Shown here piece by piece: positions 1 through 8,280 of a DNA stretch of 64,000 nucleotides. The translations under genes and the position numbers were made by a program. This stretch comes from a virus (lineage: Duplodnaviria > Caudoviricetes), in the IMG/VR virus record IMGVR_UViG_3300021256_000081, positions 1 through 64,000 of that record; one strand, 5' to 3'. Within the stretch, counting starts at the first letter, position 1, and the number at the start of each line of letters is the position of its first letter. The notes beneath the pieces are model-generated. The model ran no database searches, was not told where the DNA came from, and saw nothing but the letters and a program-made list of their open reading frames with translations.

Positions 1-389
1 AAAGCATAGGCAATGAAGCAAGCTGGGGAGAGGTCATATTCATGAGCCAACCAAATATCTTCTTCGGTTGTTTTCAACTCCGCAACAGAACAGCAGCACT
101 TTGCCTTAAAATTCTTCACCATCCAGTCATATACATATTCATTTGCACCATTCCAGAGATATTTAACTCTAACTGGAAGTCCATAATGATGATAGAGATA
201 TTCGGCACAGCAGGTAAGAATAGTTTTGCCATACCCCTGGTGCATATAGTTTCGATCAACGAACCATTCGGAGATAGTCCATTTTCTATCTTTAACGCTT
301 ATGCAGCATCTTCCGATCTTTTTCCCATCGTCATCTTCCATAAAGGTTCTATAAACATTCTCACCCTGCTTTTCCGTCCAGACCAACAT
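1..389 (-). CDS. GNAT-family N-acetyltransferase-like protein (runs off window edge)
   Basis: Manual translation from ATG 389: MLVWTEKQG...WFVDRNYMHQGYGKTIL resembles GNAT acetyl-CoA motif A. AAGAGG SD and TATAAT upstream. Confidence 0.6.
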   Translation of the reverse strand, partial: MLVWTEKQGENVYRTFMEDDDGKKIGRCCISVKDRKWTISEWFVDRNYMHQGYGKTILTCCAEYLYHHYGLPVRVKYLWNGANEYVYDWMVKNFKAKCCCSVAELKTTEEDIWLAHEYDLSPACFIAYA

Positions 390-444
390 ATTTATACCTC
401 TTTCCTTATATAATAATTATATCATAAAAAAAGAAGATAATCAA

Positions 445-621
445 TTATTGATTATCTTTATCGCGGATAGCCGGTTCAATGATGCATGTAATCCAAACTG
501 TATTTGCTAGTACCAGAAAGAACGTAGCTTTTTCAATATTGCCTTGTGAGAAATTAATGCCTGCTACTACCATATCCAACAGTGCAGCAATGGTGGCGAG
601 TATTTTTGCAAAATCTGACAT
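445..621 (-). CDS. small membrane protein (58 aa)
   Basis: MSDFAKILATIAALLDMVVAGINF..., two hydrophobic stretches, AGGAAAGGA SD. Confidence 0.6.
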   Translation of the reverse strand: MSDFAKILATIAALLDMVVAGINFSQGNIEKATFFLVLANTVWITCIIEPAIRDKDNQ

Positions 622-678
622 TTACTTATTCCTTTCCTATATAGAAGAAAGGGGAGCTTATGCTCCCCTTGTTGTTGC

Positions 679-1008
679 TCAGGCTACCGCCCAGGTTGCC
701 TTCTCCTTGCCCTTAGCAGGAGTCTTGACGAGGTTCGCATCGTTGAGGACACGAGCCGCCTTCTGGTTGGAGAAGCCGAACTCGTTCTGGATGTCAGCGC
801 AGGTTACAGTTCCAACCTGAGCGACATACTCCTGAACCTTGGCGATGTCGTTCTGATGAGCGATCTGAGCCTTAGTCGGCTTGTCAGACTTCACAGTCTT
901 ATGAACGGACTTGCGAGCGCGTTCAACGAGGAAGTCGAAGTCCTCACGAGTGAGAGTTTCGTAAGCGATAGAGTCGATGCGAGCGTTGAGAGTAATCTTG
1001 TTAGTCAT
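679..1008 (-). CDS. winged-helix DNA-binding protein, paralog family B
   Basis: KPTKAQ motif plus C-terminal HTH/wing, similar to 13456-13815. Own promoter and SD, ends in TGA followed by a hairpin. Confidence 0.7.
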   Translation of the reverse strand: MTNKITLNARIDSIAYETLTREDFDFLVERARKSVHKTVKSDKPTKAQIAHQNDIAKVQEYVAQVGTVTCADIQNEFGFSNQKAARVLNDANLVKTPAKGKEKATWAVA

Positions 1009-1099
1009 AGTTTTATCACCTTTCCTTTTCTATATCTGTAAGAGATTTCTTATCTCTTTACATACTTATTATATCATGATTTTTTAAGTTTTTCAACTT

Positions 1100-1190
1100 T
1101 TCGTTTGTAAGGTTGAGAAGGTCCGGGGCGTATAGTCCAGCAGCTCTCCCGTTTTAATTTTTAGGACTTTGTGCCTTCCCTTATCTTACA
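1100..1190 (-). ncRNA. candidate small RNA (ORF-less promoter cassette)
   Basis: TTGAAA-17-TATAAT at about 1195-1223 followed by about 90 nt with no ORF before the next promoter. Confidence 0.35.
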
Positions 1191-1229
1191 TATTTATTAT
1201 ATCATGAATTTTTTAATTTTTCAAATTCG

Positions 1230-1505
1230 TGATATTTCGTCTGAACCCTATTTGTTCCTCACCCCCGATGCCTTCTTTATTTATAGACGCTGCGGACTAC
1301 GGGGAATTTCAGGTAGAGGTAGGGCAATAAGCTAACCATGAACTGATTGGCTTATTGCGATATCTCTATCGCAAGTAATTTAAGGTGAAGTCTATCATCC
1401 TCCAATAGTAGCCGCACCAACCGCAGGGGGCGTAGGTAGAGTGATTAGCTCTACTCCATTCAGCGCTCCCGAGGACTTGAACCTCTGCTTACTATCCCTT
1501 CCTTA
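1230..1505 (-). ncRNA. candidate structured ncRNA with a tRNA T-arm motif
   Basis: Promoter at about 1513-1541. No convincing ORF. GAGG-TTCAAGT-CCTC at 1471-1485 and other hairpins such as TTGCGATA..TATCGCAA. Confidence 0.45.
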
Positions 1506-1542
1506 CATTATTATTATATTATATTTTTTAAGATTTTTCAAA

Positions 1543-1856
1543 TAAGGGCGGAAGAGTTGCGGATGACGGTCCGCCTCTTGCTTCGGGTTTCATTATGCGG
1601 AGGTACCTGGAAGCCGTAGAGCACTAATATCCAGGATTCATTATGCATACACCTACTACCGCGCCAACGCCCATGTTTGAATTTTCATCGGTCACACGCT
1701 TTCGCCACCAACACCGATGTGTCCGCTCTATTTACCGCCGAGCCAGCCACGTCCTTTTTACCTTTAGGTCGGGGGACGTATCCAGGCTTATAAATCCATT
1801 AAGACTCGCCATGGCAGTCATAACTTTTTTATAATACCCGTAAGGCTTTCCTTACA
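1543..1856 (-). ncRNA. candidate structured ncRNA (about 310 nt)
   Basis: Promoter at about 1863-1890. GC-rich with several stems (ACGTCC/GGACGT, CATCGGT/ACCGATG around GCGAAAGC, CCTGGA/TCCAGG). No SD-led ORF. Confidence 0.45.
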
Positions 1857-1890
1857 TTATTATTATATAATATTTTTTTTAATTATTCAA

Positions 1891-2397
1891 TTATTCATCT
1901 TCAAATCCAGCCCCGTACAGATAATCATAGGTACATTCCCAATGAGTACCGTCCGGTTCAGTCATTTCCGCATAGTAAGGTCTGTTTGAAACAAAATGAA
2001 ACTTATATCCATGAGATTCATATTCTATATCATAGTCACCCCAGCGATCAAAATCATCGTTTTTAGTTTCAGGAATAACAATCTTTTCAGGATACTCTGC
2101 TTCTTCTGGCCAGTAATAGATTCCTGGAAGTCCTTGTTTATGACATACTACACGCATGGGACCATCTCCCATTATTCCATGATGGATATATTCTACCCAA
2201 TCTTTGTCAGGATAATCTGGTGTTTCCTTATCACTTCTTTTATAAATCAAATGCGCCCAAATTCGCAGACCGCTTGGAATATTATCTACACTATCGCCAA
2301 AAGTATCAATATCTGAAGCAAAAACTGCAACATCTTCTTTATCTGTTCTGCGTTCTCCGTTGCAAGTAACGAACGCACCATAATCACTATAAGCCAT
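1891..2397 (-). CDS. hypothetical phage protein (168 aa)
   Basis: ORF track, GGAGGAG SD. Confidence 0.8.
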   Translation of the reverse strand: MAYSDYGAFVTCNGERRTDKEDVAVFASDIDTFGDSVDNIPSGLRIWAHLIYKRSDKETPDYPDKDWVEYIHHGIMGDGPMRVVCHKQGLPGIYYWPEEAEYPEKIVIPETKNDDFDRWGDYDIEYESHGYKFHFVSNRPYYAEMTEPDGTHWECTYDYLYGAGFEDE

Positions 2398-2401
2398 TTA
2401 A

Positions 2402-2566
2402 TTATTCTCCTCCATAAGCTAAACATCCTGCGATAATAATAGACAGTCCAATAAGTTGTGCATCATCTGAAACTCCTGTCATGTCACCACCCCTTGCATA
2501 TAGGATAAAAGATATGTATAAATATGTACAAAATAACGCATATAAAATATTAATAAGTCTATTCAT
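2402..2566 (-). CDS. small membrane protein (54 aa)
   Basis: MNRLINILYALFCTYLYISFILY..., two TM-like segments, abuts its neighbours. Confidence 0.6.
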   Translation of the reverse strand: MNRLINILYALFCTYLYISFILYARGGDMTGVSDDAQLIGLSIIIAGCLAYGGE

Positions 2567-2758
2567 TTAATATACACCTCTTTTGTGATCTTCCATTTGT
2601 TCGAGAAAATCAGAATATCCTTGTGCGCCAAAATCAAGAAAATCAAAAAACTCTTTTGAAGTAAAACCATTGGCTTCACAAAATTCATTAAGAGACCAAT
2701 AACGTTCTTGACATTCATCCTCAATAGCACTCTTAATTCTTAAAGCAATATCCTTCAT
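2567..2758 (-). CDS. hypothetical protein
   Basis: ORF track, GGAGGG SD. Confidence 0.75.
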   Translation of the reverse strand: MKDIALRIKSAIEDECQERYWSLNEFCEANGFTSKEFFDFLDFGAQGYSDFLEQMEDHKRGVY

Positions 2759-2767
2759 ATTCCCTCC

Positions 2768-3022
2768 TTACCTATATATAATGGTATAAAATAAATGAAT
2801 CGTATTGCCGCGCGCGTTGTTGTGATAATGTACATCAACAGGAACTATTTTAATATCTTCAATAATAGGATTCTTTTCTTTAATCCAAGCATTAATACAA
2901 TCGTCAATATCTTCTGGATATTTTAGCTTGGTAATATCTTCTTTATACCATTCGGTATATTCGTCGTCTCTTAATATAAAACTTGCCGTATTAGATACTT
3001 CAAATTCAAAAGTTTTAATCAT
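2768..3022 (-). CDS. hypothetical protein
   Basis: ORF track, promoter and AGGAAAGGA SD upstream. Confidence 0.75.
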   Translation of the reverse strand: MIKTFEFEVSNTASFILRDDEYTEWYKEDITKLKYPEDIDDCINAWIKEKNPIIEDIKIVPVDVHYHNNARGNTIHLFYTIIYR

Positions 3023-3090
3023 AAAAAAATTCCTTTCCTATTATTATTATAACATATATAATAAAAAAATCAAGTGTTCGCGCACTTGAT

Positions 3091-3393
3091 TTAGTTTAAC
3101 ATTCCGTTTCCTTCTGGAACTTCGATATATCCAAGACCATCTTCGTCTGTTTCATAATAACTCAAATCGACTTGAGATCCAAATAGATCTAGAGTGTCAA
3201 TAACGCAATCTAATACATCATTAGGATCATAGTCATTATCTTGCGCATATTCACAGACCTGATCTATGATTAGCGCAGAAAGATGAGCGATATAGCGAAC
3301 TATTTCTTTCGCTTCTTCGACATCAACATCATCATCTGCTATAATATCTACATCACTAAGCTGCTCTTGAATTGGTATTTTGTACTTCTTCAT
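3091..3393 (-). CDS. acidic hypothetical protein
   Basis: ORF track, operon context. Confidence 0.7.
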   Translation of the reverse strand: MKKYKIPIQEQLSDVDIIADDDVDVEEAKEIVRYIAHLSALIIDQVCEYAQDNDYDPNDVLDCVIDTLDLFGSQVDLSYYETDEDGLGYIEVPEGNGMLN

Positions 3394-3592
3394 CTTCTGG
3401 TTCCTCCAATCTGGTAGAATTCTTTTTACGAGCCATTTCTTCCTCGTAATAACAATCTAAACACATTCGTTTCCCGAAGATATTTCGTACTGTATCCGAA
3501 ACATATCTGTGACATTTGGGACAGCGCCACTTCTTTTCTTTGATTCCGTGTTTTCCCTTGAAATCATCGAAACTGATATAACCTTTTGGCAT
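3356..3592 (-). CDS. zinc-finger protein
   Basis: CPKC...CLDC motif. Confidence 0.7.
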   Translation of the reverse strand: MPKGYISFDDFKGKHGIKEKKWRCPKCHRYVSDTVRNIFGKRMCLDCYYEEEMARKKNSTRLEEPEDEEVQNTNSRAA

Positions 3593-3594
3593 AA

Positions 3595-3807
3595 TTAAAT
3601 ACTATTTCCTTTCTCGTCTTCGAATTGTAAATAAGGGTATTTTATTGATGAAGTCGTTGTAAAATTGCATTTGCCGCACGAATACTTATATAGAGGAGGA
3701 TCAGTCATATAAACGACTTCTTCTGGTGTTAATTCTTCGTGGCAATAAGGACATAATGCTTGTACATAAACTGGCCTTACCACCGTTCTTTTCTCTTCAA
3801 TTTCCAT
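3595..3807 (-). CDS. zinc-ribbon protein, probably leaderless
   Basis: CPYC...CGKC. ATG lies 7 nt after TATAAT (3814-3819) with no SD. Confidence 0.7.
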   Translation of the reverse strand: MEIEEKRTVVRPVYVQALCPYCHEELTPEEVVYMTDPPLYKYSCGKCNFTTTSSIKYPYLQFEDEKGNSI

Positions 3808-3899
3808 AATCATATTATACAAAAATTTTTGCTTTCCCGCAACTTTCCATTACAAAAATTTTTTGGTATAATAATCATATAAAGGAAGGTGCTTTTGAA

Positions 3900-4154
3900 T
3901 TGACTTTTAAAGAATTAACTGATAAGTATTACGATGCAAAATGGACAGTTCAGGAGACGGAGAAGGTATTAGAAGCTGCCGTGAAAGAATATTTAAATAC
4001 CTGGACTAATTGTAAGGTAAAAGATATAACCTCAATATCTTATGCGCCGTTTCCAAATGTATTTGTAATTTATACTTACGATAAATATAGTAACTTTAAA
4101 ATTTATGAGATTCCGTATGATGACGAGGTACCTGGAGGAGAAAATGGAATTTAA
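3900..4154 (+). CDS. hypothetical protein
   Basis: TTG start after AAAGGAAGG, extended -10 TGGTATAAT upstream. Confidence 0.7.
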   Translation: MTFKELTDKYYDAKWTVQETEKVLEAAVKEYLNTWTNCKVKDITSISYAPFPNVFVIYTYDKYSNFKIYEIPYDDEVPGGENGI

Positions 4155-4362
4155 AATATTGGAAAAGATTCAGAAAGATCTTGATAGAATAGAGAAGTCA
4201 AAAATTGTAAAAACAGAAGACGGAGGAACTTATCGAGTTCCATATACTGAAAACGATACAGGTGTTCTTTTAGGTTATCAAGCTCAAATCATGGCCGCAG
4301 AAGCAGACATTCTATCTGAAATTTTAGAAGAATTAACAAAATTAACTGAAAACAAAGAATAA
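4144..4362 (+). CDS. hypothetical protein
   Basis: ATG 4144 after GGAGGAG. Confidence 0.7.
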   Translation: MEFKILEKIQKDLDRIEKSKIVKTEDGGTYRVPYTENDTGVLLGYQAQIMAAEADILSEILEELTKLTENKE

Positions 4363-4394
4363 AAAAAAGTCCCGCGAAGATACGGAATAACGTA

Positions 4395-4423
4395 TTGACA
4401 CGGGATTTTTATTATGGTATAAT
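4395..4423 (+). promoter_or_regulatory. consensus SigA promoter
   Basis: TTGACA-17-TATAAT with extended TG. Confidence 0.85.
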
Positions 4424-4445
4424 AGTATAAAGAGGATAATGGCAT

Positions 4446-4535
4446 ATGAATAAAGATTTAGTTGTGTATGTGTTTGTAGGTTTATACTTTTTAGCGCAAG
4501 CAATAGATATATATAATAGATATAAGAGGAAATAA
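4446..4535 (+). CDS. 29-aa single-TM peptide
   Basis: MNKDLVVYVFVGLYFLAQAIDIYNRYKRK directly downstream of the promoter. Confidence 0.45.
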   Translation: MNKDLVVYVFVGLYFLAQAIDIYNRYKRK

Positions 4536-4536
4536 T

Positions 4537-4728
4537 ATGTTTATAAGAGTTACTAAGGAAGTAGCAGCAACACCTGTATATATTAATGTAAATAGTATTG
4601 AAAGTATAGAACAAGATGGTAACACTACTATTATTGTTACTAATAATGATAAATGGTATTATGTAAAAGAATCTGCTGATGATATTATACGAATGATAAA
4701 CTGTACTAATATGTTATCGGTGAGTTAG
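4537..4728 (+). CDS. FlbD/SwrD-family (flagellar) small protein
   Basis: MFIRVTK...YINVNSIESIE...TTIIVTNNDKWYYVKESADDII matches my recollection of the FlbD pattern MIxvTrl...lNxdlIexie..pdTvitlxnG.k.vVkEs.eev. Confidence 0.6.
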   Translation: MFIRVTKEVAATPVYINVNSIESIEQDGNTTIIVTNNDKWYYVKESADDIIRMINCTNMLSVS

Positions 4729-4806
4729 CCAAGCCGAAGGCGCAGGCTAAACGAACCAGGAGAAAAGTTGCGAAGCAACTTTCTCTCCGTCTAAGCGGAG
4801 CGAAGC
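4725..4806. repeat. cluster of GAA-loop mini-hairpins (REP/ssDNA-signal-like)
   Basis: GCCGAAGGC 4733-4741 inside TTAGCC/GGCTAA, AAAGTTGCGAAGCAACTTT 4764-4782, GCGAAGC 4800-4806. Confidence 0.6.
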
Positions 4807-4827
4807 GACGCAAGTATAAAGGAAAAT

Positions 4828-4995
4828 ATGAAAGTAGAAGAAGTTATAGAAAAATTAGAAAAATTTAATCCAAAAGCCGAGATAATTTTTTATGATTGGC
4901 AGAGAGGAACTTTTATGGAAGTTTCTTCTATTTGGGGAGAAAGTGATATAGCTTACGTTCAAGTAACTATGGGAGATAAATGGTATGGCAATTAG
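4828..4995 (+). CDS. hypothetical protein (55 aa)
   Basis: MKVEEVIEKLEKFNPKAEI..., N-terminus similar to 20428-20622. Confidence 0.65.
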   Translation: MKVEEVIEKLEKFNPKAEIIFYDWQRGTFMEVSSIWGESDIAYVQVTMGDKWYGN

Positions 4996-5224
4996 AAAAG
5001 ATATAGAAGATTTAATGGCAACGGAAGTTCAGCGTTTTAGAGATGAACTTCTTACTGAAGCCGAATTGGCGCAAATAAAAAATGATGTAATGGCTTTCTG
5101 CATTATTGAAATAAGAAAGTTCTGCGGTGAAGATATCTTTGAGCGCAAGAATGAAGAGTTGAAAGAAAAAGGTTTTAATAGAGAGAAGATTAAAGTAAAA
5201 CTTAATCTAAAGAAGATGAATTAA
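4985..5224 (+). CDS. hypothetical protein
   Basis: ORF track, operon context. Confidence 0.7.
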   Translation: MAIRKDIEDLMATEVQRFRDELLTEAELAQIKNDVMAFCIIEIRKFCGEDIFERKNEELKEKGFNREKIKVKLNLKKMN

Positions 5225-5226
5225 AT

Positions 5227-5508
5227 ATGGAAGATAAATTAATAGTATGGTATAGTAGAAAGGGAGAAGTTCTTGCAGTATTTCCTGATCTTGAAACCGC
5301 AGTTAGAGAAACTGGTATTAATAAAAATATCATTTTCCGCAATCTTAAAGGATGGATGAATGACTGTCCTAATGGAACTAGGTTTAGATATGAGATAAAA
5401 GCAGGAGACTTGCGCCGCAAAAAGATTAAAGAAAGAAATTTAAAAGAACAAGCTAAAGCAGATAGATTATGGAAAGAGTTGGGAGATATAGAAGATGATC
5501 GACATTAA
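5227..5508 (+). CDS. NUMOD1-like DNA-binding protein
   Basis: VWYSRKGEVLAVFPDLETAVRETGINKNIIFRNLKG...FRY resembles the NUMOD1 module. Confidence 0.6.
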   Translation: MEDKLIVWYSRKGEVLAVFPDLETAVRETGINKNIIFRNLKGWMNDCPNGTRFRYEIKAGDLRRKKIKERNLKEQAKADRLWKELGDIEDDRH

Positions 5509-5818
5509 TGAAATGACAGAAGATAAGTTCTTAGAGATTTGGGATAAAGATAAAAATGCTATTAGACAATGGGATGATTTAAGAGAATATCTTGATGAAG
5601 TAATTGGCGTATATAAAATAGAGATGGAAGATATAGATACGTATAAGGTGCGTATTTATGGTTTTGATATATATAAAATAAAAGATAGATATTTTAAAGT
5701 ACCATATTTAGATTATAGTTGCGATTGCGAATGGTATCAAGATGATATGCAGGAAGTCCAAAGAAAAATATATACTAAAAGGATAGAAGTAGAAGAATGG
5801 CTCTCGATGCCAGATTAA
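5495..5818 (+). CDS. hypothetical protein
   Basis: ORF track, overlapping operon arrangement. Confidence 0.7.
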   Translation: MIDINEMTEDKFLEIWDKDKNAIRQWDDLREYLDEVIGVYKIEMEDIDTYKVRIYGFDIYKIKDRYFKVPYLDYSCDCEWYQDDMQEVQRKIYTKRIEVEEWLSMPD

Positions 5819-6051
5819 GATTAAATATGCGGCCAATAGTTCTCGAAGAAGAACATGAGCCAGTCTCAAGATGCTATTGTGGCGGCTGGCCGCATCTTAA
5901 TCATATAAGAGATAGAGTTTGGATTTCTTGTTCTGCTCCTGGATGCCGCGTGCGCAGTCAGATATATGATGAATTAGAATTAGATTATGCGATTCATGAT
6001 TGGAATATGGAAGTAGAAGAGATGGAGAAGATTTGGGGGAAGAAGAGATAA
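5797..6051 (+). CDS. Lar-like (restriction alleviation) zinc-binding protein
   Basis: CYCGG...CSAPGC...AIHDWN matches the Lar pattern CPFCG..C..C..A...WN. Confidence 0.55.
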   Translation: MALDARLRLNMRPIVLEEEHEPVSRCYCGGWPHLNHIRDRVWISCSAPGCRVRSQIYDELELDYAIHDWNMEVEEMEKIWGKKR

Positions 6052-6338
6052 TGCAAAGTGATTTTGTTGATTTATACATGGGGATTTATGGTATTTTAAG
6101 TGATTATCTTGATGGGAAAGAAGAAGGTATTAAAGATAGACTATTTGAATATTGTTTAGAGTTTTTCCTCAAGCGTAGAAATGATGCAGAAGATTATAAC
6201 GTTTCTGTTTATATCGGCCCGCATAAAGAATTGGAGCTTTTGGCGCAATTACTAGAAAAGAAAAATAAAGAGGAACAGGAGATTCTTTTCTCTCCATATA
6301 ATGGTTTTTTAGAGAGAATGGAAGTCTGGAAGAAGTAG
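6051..6338 (+). CDS. hypothetical protein
   Basis: ATG 6051 overlaps the upstream TAA. Confidence 0.7.
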   Translation: MQSDFVDLYMGIYGILSDYLDGKEEGIKDRLFEYCLEFFLKRRNDAEDYNVSVYIGPHKELELLAQLLEKKNKEEQEILFSPYNGFLERMEVWKK

Positions 6339-6345
6339 AAATAAT

Positions 6346-6516
6346 ATGGATAAAGAAGAAGTTTTTACTGCTTTAGATCGCTATTCGCGCAGTTTTATGG
6401 GAGATGCGAATGAAGTGGTTGAATTTATAGAGAAGAATAATTTAGAAGATGGAGATTTTATTATTTGCGCGGATAAGGGTGGATATGAGCTTCATGTATG
6501 GACTATTTTTTACTAG
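6346..6516 (+). CDS. hypothetical protein (56 aa)
   Basis: MDKEEVFTALDRYSRSF..., operon context. Confidence 0.55.
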   Translation: MDKEEVFTALDRYSRSFMGDANEVVEFIEKNNLEDGDFIICADKGGYELHVWTIFY

Positions 6517-6526
6517 GAGATAAGTT

Positions 6527-6595
6527 ATGGGTTGGTTTTGATTAGGATTATTCTGCGGCGCAGTTATCTATGTCTATTGGACTATTTCGCAGTAA
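6527..6595 (+). CDS. 22-aa hydrophobic peptide requiring TGA=Trp
   Basis: GGAGA SD, MGWF(W)LGLFCGAVIYVYWTISQ with TGA at 6539. Confidence 0.4.
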
Positions 6596-6733
6596 AAATG
6601 TAATGTTTTGGGTAAAACATGATATTTTAAACCGCAGAATCTTTAGAAAGATCGAAAGGAAAAATGTAATGTATTTTTAGGTAATCATATATATATAGAC
6701 TTCCCTAAAAATTCATGATACTTTTGGTTATTT

Positions 6734-7438
6734 ATGATAGAATTGAATAAGAAATATTCAGGAAAACAGTTAGCAGAATTACTGTTCAATGTTTCTCCTG
6801 GTACTTTTAGAAATGATAAAGAAAGTTATTTAAATTATATGAGTGAATTCTTTGAATGACATCAAGAAGGAACTCGTTATATTTTTACTAGAATTATTAA
6901 GGAATATATTCCGAAAGCAAAAGGTAGAAAATCTACAAAAGAACAAACTTCTACTGATTATAAACATGCAATTTCTGAATTAATTAAAGAGGAACCGTGG
7001 AATACTGGTGCAGGAATTGCAAGAGATATTACTATAAATAATAATTATATGGCATCTACATATCATCATAAGGTTAGAACTGCTTATAATTATACACAGC
7101 CTATAATGAAAACAGATTATGATATTGTTGATAGACGTTGGCGTGCGTATATTGGTGGTGAATATGTGGATATGGAAGATAATGAGCTTATTGAGTGGAA
7201 GAACTTGATGAATGCTTGTTTTGGAAATCGAAAAGATATTTCATTAGAGCAAGATCTTGCGGTTATGCATGATAATGGAGATATTACTGATCAAGAATAT
7301 CAAGAAGCATTAGCGAAGATTAATGATAATAAATATCAGGCGGCATTAGATATGTGGAAACATAAATATGGATATAAGCCCATTAAAGTTAATAAATATG
7401 AGATGAAACTTTTAGAAGCACCCGAAGAAAAAATGTAA
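6734..7438 (+). CDS. hypothetical protein (234 aa with TGA=Trp), possible DNA-binding/replication protein
   Basis: Frame open from ATG 6734 through a single TGA (6857) into the tracked ORF 7049-7438. Flanked by repeats. Confidence 0.6.
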
Positions 7439-7780
7439 TGAATTTTTAGGGAAAAGGGGTAAGCAAAAATATCATGTTTTTTTAGGGAAATGGGGTATTA
7501 GAAGTGTAATGTTTTTTCCATATTTGATCTGTTCTTTGGGAAAAAAATATGGATGAAGTGACAAAACTTTTAGTAAATTCATTTCAAAATCAAGGGGGTA
7601 TCAGTATTTTGTACGGGGGGTTGTCCCGACCGGGCTTAGTCTATATGGTATTTTCAAATGAAAAATCGACCGAGGACAGTTTCAAAACTTCATTTCAAAA
7701 ATCGAATCGAAAACCGTCCTAAAAACCCAGCCTTTTCATCCTTATCTTGACAAAAATAAAATTTTATGATATAATATAAT

Positions 7781-7847
7781 GGGGTGGGGTAAAAAACCGC
7801 CCAACCCACCGGCCCTGAATGCTTCTATAATTACCAGGCCCCACCCC
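7781..7847 (+). ncRNA. candidate small RNA closed by a 9-bp stem
   Basis: TTGACA-17-TATAAT at 7747-7775. GGGGTGGGG (7781-7789) pairs with CCCCACCCC (7839-7847). No ORF. Confidence 0.5.
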
Positions 7848-7932
7848 TCTTCTATTCTACTTCTGGATTTTTATCTTCCTCCTTGCATAAAATAAAAATT
7901 TTTGATATAATAATAATGTAAGGAGAAAGATA

Positions 7933-8280
7933 ATGAAAAGTGCGATCGAGCGGTCTAATGCGTTATATAAGGCGCTAGAGGATTTCATACTAGATGGCGA
8001 TGGGCTATATATGCCTAGAGATGTTGTGCATGAAGAGATAGATAATTTTCTTGATGATATTGAGAAACGCCGTGAAGGTTTTAATATGGACATGCTGGCC
8101 TTGGATAACGACATAGCGGATGTAGTGTATGAGAATATTTTTACTGAGTATCGGTGTATGCTTTCTGATCCGGATGTTAGCCTGCAGGTTTATATGGACC
8201 GCTTCATGGAGAATGATAAGTTCCAAGAAGGCGTACAGTTGATTCGTGAAGCCGTGCTGGAAGAGATGCGTAAAAAGTGA
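7933..8280 (+). CDS. hypothetical protein
   Basis: Own promoter and AGGAG SD, ends TGA, hairpin plus T-tract at about 8398-8438. Confidence 0.75.
   Translation: MKSAIERSNALYKALEDFILDGDGLYMPRDVVHEEIDNFLDDIEKRREGFNMDMLALDNDIADVVYENIFTEYRCMLSDPDVSLQVYMDRFMENDKFQEGVQLIREAVLEEMRKK

Noticed and set aside
42-820. Plus-strand ORFs 42-413 and 479-820
   Set aside because: The opposite strand carries better genes with SD, promoters and recognisable motifs.
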